IMG/VR virus record: IMGVR_UViG_3300045282_000112
Coordinates: 1-64,000 of that record
Length of the DNA: 64,000 bases
Direction: 5' to 3' (one strand)
Source: a virus
Positions within the stretch are counted from its first letter, which is position 1; each line of letters opens with the position of its first letter. Both the position numbers and the translations under genes were made by a program. The notes beneath the pieces were generated by a model. It had not been told where the DNA came from and searched no databases. It saw only the letters and a list, made by a program, of their open reading frames with translations. Below are positions 61,052 to 64,000 of this stretch, piece after piece.

Positions 61052-61240
61052 AAGGGCGGCGACCTACACACGCTCTCGCGGTCCAGTCTCAGGGTAATCC
61101 TGAACCAAATGTGTGCAGGCCGCCTAGTCCGGTAAGCGCTATGCGGGGATGCTGGGAGGTGAGCAGTCCCCAAAACGCAAACCGGGATCAGGTTGGGGCC
61201 GGGATTGCAACTCCCGGCCCCATTACGCCAGCGCTTGCTT
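61052..61240 (-). ncRNA. putative structured RNA element (~190 nt)
   Basis: Intergenic; stems 61058-61071/61111-61124, 61080-61086/61100-61106, 61134-61140/61230-61236, 61145-61153/61162-61171, 61194-61204/61212-61222; G-U pairs on minus strand. Confidence 0.5.
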
Positions 61241-61262
61241 TTGCCGAGCCACGCGGGCGCGA

Positions 61263-61535
61263 TCAGGTGTCTTCGTCGTAGCCGTAAAAGGCTATCTCCC
61301 CCCAGTCAGGGTCGTCGACATCTCCGCGTTGCCACGGCGGCTCAGTGGTGATGCGGTAGCCGAAGTTGGGGATTAACTCGACGAACCAAGCGGTGGGCTC
61401 GTGCGCGTTGGCTACGCCCCGCTGCCGCCACTTCAACTCGCAATACGAGCGCAGCTCGTAGGGGTGGACCGCAAGTGGGACGATGCGCGGTTCATCGCGC
61501 GCGATGACCATCCTCGGGTCGTCCCACTCGGTCAA
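61263..61535 (-). CDS. hypothetical protein
   Basis: TTGA-coupled 90-aa ORF. Confidence 0.55.
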   Translation of the reverse strand: MTEWDDPRMVIARDEPRIVPLAVHPYELRSYCELKWRQRGVANAHEPTAWFVELIPNFGYRITTEPPWQRGDVDDPDWGEIAFYGYDEDT

Positions 61536-61744
61536 TTCTTGAACTTCGGCATACCGGGACGGTCAAGCCCGACATCGGGCAGCGGCTGCTCTGGCCTCGG
61601 CTGCGGGCGCACCGAGCGGGCCGCCTTCATGCGTGTCGCCATCTCGCGGATGAACTCGTGGCGCGTGATGCCCATTGCGTCCCACGGCGTCTGCTTCTTG
61701 TCGCCGGTCGCGGGCTTCGCGGCGGTCTTCGCTGCTGCTACCAT
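61532..61744 (-). CDS. hypothetical protein
   Basis: GGAG RBS within terL 3' end; 70 aa. Confidence 0.55.
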   Translation of the reverse strand: MVAAAKTAAKPATGDKKQTPWDAMGITRHEFIREMATRMKAARSVRPQPRPEQPLPDVGLDRPGMPKFKN

Positions 61745-63288
61745 AGCCTTGCTCCTCCGAACACCTTCTGTGCCAGAATGTTGCTGGGAACGTCGCCGAC
61801 CCAGCTCATGTCGCTGCGGTAAGTAGAGCCCAGCGTGAGCTTGGAGAACGCGCCTGCGGCTGCATCCACCATGTCAACGTAGGCTCCGTTGGGGAAGGTC
61901 TCGTGCTCGCCGATGAACTCCTTGTTCCACTCGGCGGCGAGGATCGACACGTTGCCTGCCTGAACTTGGGCGGCGTAGGGATCGGCGCGGATGTGCTTGG
62001 CATCGGTGACCTTGTCGGCCTCCACCTTGTAGCCCGACAGCATGCGCACCGTGGCCTCGGCGCTGTCCTTGCCACCTGAGCCGGGCTCTTGCTCTACCAC
62101 GGTCAGCACGTTGTTGCCCACGTCCTGCCGGTCGAGCTGTGCTGTCTGCAGGATCATCTTCTCGCGGTCGAGCGCCGAGAGCTGCTTGCGGCGCACGTCG
62201 GTGACGATGAAGCGCCCGTCATTCAGCTTCGACATGCGCACGCCCGCAGTATAAGCACCACCCATTTCTGTGGCTGCTTTGTCCCAGTAACGGACAGTCT
62301 TGGCGATGTCCTTGGGTGCTGCTTGCACAACACGAAATTGCTCGATGGGGAACATACCCCCGCCAGCAATGATCGGGTTCTGCTGGTATAAGCTCACCCA
62401 TGAGGCTTGGCTCAGGCCACGGCGGCGTTCCTCTAGGAACTCCAGCGACTTGAACTCGGGGAACAGCGCCTCGCCCTTCTTGCGGTGCGCCTCGTCCTTG
62501 ATGGCGATGGCCGGGTAGTCGAGCACCACGGTCTCGGGGAATTTTTCGAGGAAGCGACCGGCCGGATCGTCGAGGTGCCAGCGGGTCAGCGTCATCAGCA
62601 GCGCGGCGTGATCCGAGAAGCGGGTGAAGAAGTCGTCGGTGAGCCAGCTCCACGTCGCGTCGCGCACGGTCTTGGAATTGGCCTCGCGCCTGCCCTTGAT
62701 CGGATCGTCGATGAAGCCGAAATCAAGGCCCTTGCCCGTGACCTGTCCCGACACCGTCGTGTTGCGGAAACTGCCCTTGAATGCGCCCTGCACGGTCGGG
62801 TTAGTCGGCGTGTGCTCGCCCATGTATTCGAGCAGGTTGTTGTTGCGCATGCCCCCGACAGAGCGGCCGAAGGTGGGGAGGCGAGCACCGAACACTGACT
62901 TGAAGCGGTCGCCGTCCATCATGCGCTGCAGTGAGACGTTGACGCCCTGCCCGAGGTCGTCGGAATAGCTGGTGAACAGGCACTTGAGATTTGGATTGCG
63001 GCCCGCCACCCATGCGATGAAGTCGGTGACCACGGTCGTCTTGCCGTGCTGTGGTGGTGCCATCAACACAAGCTTTGGCCGCTCACCGTTCATGAAGCGG
63101 TAGTAGAACGCCTCAAGATGGTCGCATACTTCCTTGATCCACCAGCCGCGAACCAAGTCTTTCTCACGGATGTGACAACGGAAATTGTAGAAGAACTGTC
63201 GCGCCTCGCAGCGCGCCAACTCCTCTACCAATGCTACATCACGGCTGTTCTTGACCTTCGGCAGGAGGTCAGTGGTAAATCCGGTCAA
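61738..63288 (-). CDS. terL: terminase large subunit
   Basis: Walker A MAPPQHGKT; TGKG....IDDP.K; TRWH.DD; YQQ.P; WD.A; EQEPGSGGK; FP.G...D.VDA. Confidence 0.95.
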   Translation of the reverse strand: MTGFTTDLLPKVKNSRDVALVEELARCEARQFFYNFRCHIREKDLVRGWWIKEVCDHLEAFYYRFMNGERPKLVLMAPPQHGKTTVVTDFIAWVAGRNPNLKCLFTSYSDDLGQGVNVSLQRMMDGDRFKSVFGARLPTFGRSVGGMRNNNLLEYMGEHTPTNPTVQGAFKGSFRNTTVSGQVTGKGLDFGFIDDPIKGRREANSKTVRDATWSWLTDDFFTRFSDHAALLMTLTRWHLDDPAGRFLEKFPETVVLDYPAIAIKDEAHRKKGEALFPEFKSLEFLEERRRGLSQASWVSLYQQNPIIAGGGMFPIEQFRVVQAAPKDIAKTVRYWDKAATEMGGAYTAGVRMSKLNDGRFIVTDVRRKQLSALDREKMILQTAQLDRQDVGNNVLTVVEQEPGSGGKDSAEATVRMLSGYKVEADKVTDAKHIRADPYAAQVQAGNVSILAAEWNKEFIGEHETFPNGAYVDMVDAAAGAFSKLTLGSTYRSDMSWVGDVPSNILAQKVFGGARLW

Positions 63289-63646
63289 TAGGGATACCCC
63301 GTGCGGCCAGCTCGGCGCGCACCTCGTCGATGCTGCGGTAGGTCACCTCCTGCGTGGTGGTCGAGGTAACCTGCAGCGGGATGACGCGTGCCAGCAGGCT
63401 GGCGTAGGTGCGCGGGTCAGTGCGGGCGATCTGCTTCAGGTAGCCAACCAGCCCGTCGAGCCCCTTGCCGTCCTCGCCCACGCATTGCGCGGCGTAGAGG
63501 ATGGCGTCCTTCAGGACCACTGAGGTGCGGGATTGGCCGCCCCTGCGTCGGCCTCGGCTGTCGTAGGGGCGGTTTTCGTCGCCGGGCAGCGGTGCACCGA
63601 GCATGTTCAATTCGGCGCGCGGCACCTTCAGAACGGCTCGTTTCAT
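63269..63646 (-). CDS. terminase small subunit (putative)
   Basis: GR..G......LKDAIL.AA...G...GLVGYL...A...P.....LL.RV.P; directly upstream of terL; start uncertain. Confidence 0.65.
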   Translation of the reverse strand: MKRAVLKVPRAELNMLGAPLPGDENRPYDSRGRRRGGQSRTSVVLKDAILYAAQCVGEDGKGLDGLVGYLKQIARTDPRTYASLLARVIPLQVTSTTTQEVTYRSIDEVRAELAARGIPIDRIYH

Positions 63647-63714
63647 TGCTACCGCAGCGGCACGGGAATGCCGCCGTCCTCTCGCTAGAACAGACAACAC
63701 CCCGAACACCTATA

Positions 63715-63996
63715 TCAGACTGCAGCCACCAATGTCACGGGGCAATGCACGCGGCTTTCGCGACCGAGGATTGACAGGAGGATAGCGACGCGCTGCTGCG
63801 CGTCCATCCCCTCCACGATCCCGACATGATTGACAAACGGTCCATCGGTGATGCGCACCGACTGTCCCTCGCGGAAGGTGTTGGTGGCATCGGGCAGGCA
63901 CACGACGCCGACCTCGTCGGCCAGCACCTGATAGCTCTCTACGATCTGCGGAGACACTTCACACGCCCTCGCTCCCATGGCCAAGACACGCAGCAC
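63715..63996 (-). CDS. NusG/RfaH-like antitermination factor (C-terminal part, KOW domain)
   Basis: FREGQSVRITDGPF....G.V......RV.ILL.ILGR; likely begins beyond window edge. Confidence 0.8.
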   Translation of the reverse strand: MLRVLAMGARACEVSPQIVESYQVLADEVGVVCLPDATNTFREGQSVRITDGPFVNHVGIVEGMDAQQRVAILLSILGRESRVHCPVTLVAAV

Positions 63997-64000
63997 GCCC

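Noticed and set aside
61194-61222. tRNA gene (GGGAGTTGCAATCCC resembles a T-arm)
   Set aside because: No acceptor, D or anticodon arms in register; it is a single long hairpin

Overview
This is a 64-kb, GC-rich segment of a tailed dsDNA phage with a contractile (myovirus-type) tail. The host is most likely alphaproteobacterial, given a GcrA homologue and CTTGAA-N17-TTATAT promoters. From left to right: (1) 1-3.7 kb, a leftward operon with a truncated DUF3102-like gene, a ParB-like gene and an HTH gene. (2) 4.2-10.4 kb, a rightward replication/recombination operon (UDG-fused family A DNA polymerase, UvsY-like, gp32-like SSB, RecA-like). (3) 10.4-19 kb, a divergent early region of small genes with repeated promoter/hairpin/RBS units and a probable ~600-nt structured non-coding RNA. 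(4) 19-64 kb, one leftward late operon: NusG paralogue, TerS/TerL, lysis genes, DUF1073-type portal, MuF, ChaB-DUF2213, DUF2184-type capsid, DUF4054 adaptor, Mu-like tail and baseplate, and a repeat-rich fibre. The most striking element lies between portal and MuF (51.4-59 kb). It is an array of enzyme/toxin-like domains: a RelA/SpoT-like domain fused to the portal itself, then ART-like, GNAT-like, zincin-like and glycosylase-like domains. Four of these domains follow a shared D-[YF]-D-P-D-[QE]-P-R...G-[QE]-W-T type motif, and small candidate immunity ORFs are interleaved, one overprinted in a linker. Other highlights are the large structured RNA, a second ~190-nt structured element near TerL, a palindromic piece of the DUF3102 gene copied 41 kb away, and paired substitutions at the polymerase steric-gate residues. 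No CRISPR array, tRNA, rRNA, integrase or reverse transcriptase was seen. All family assignments come from motif recognition by eye, not database searches.
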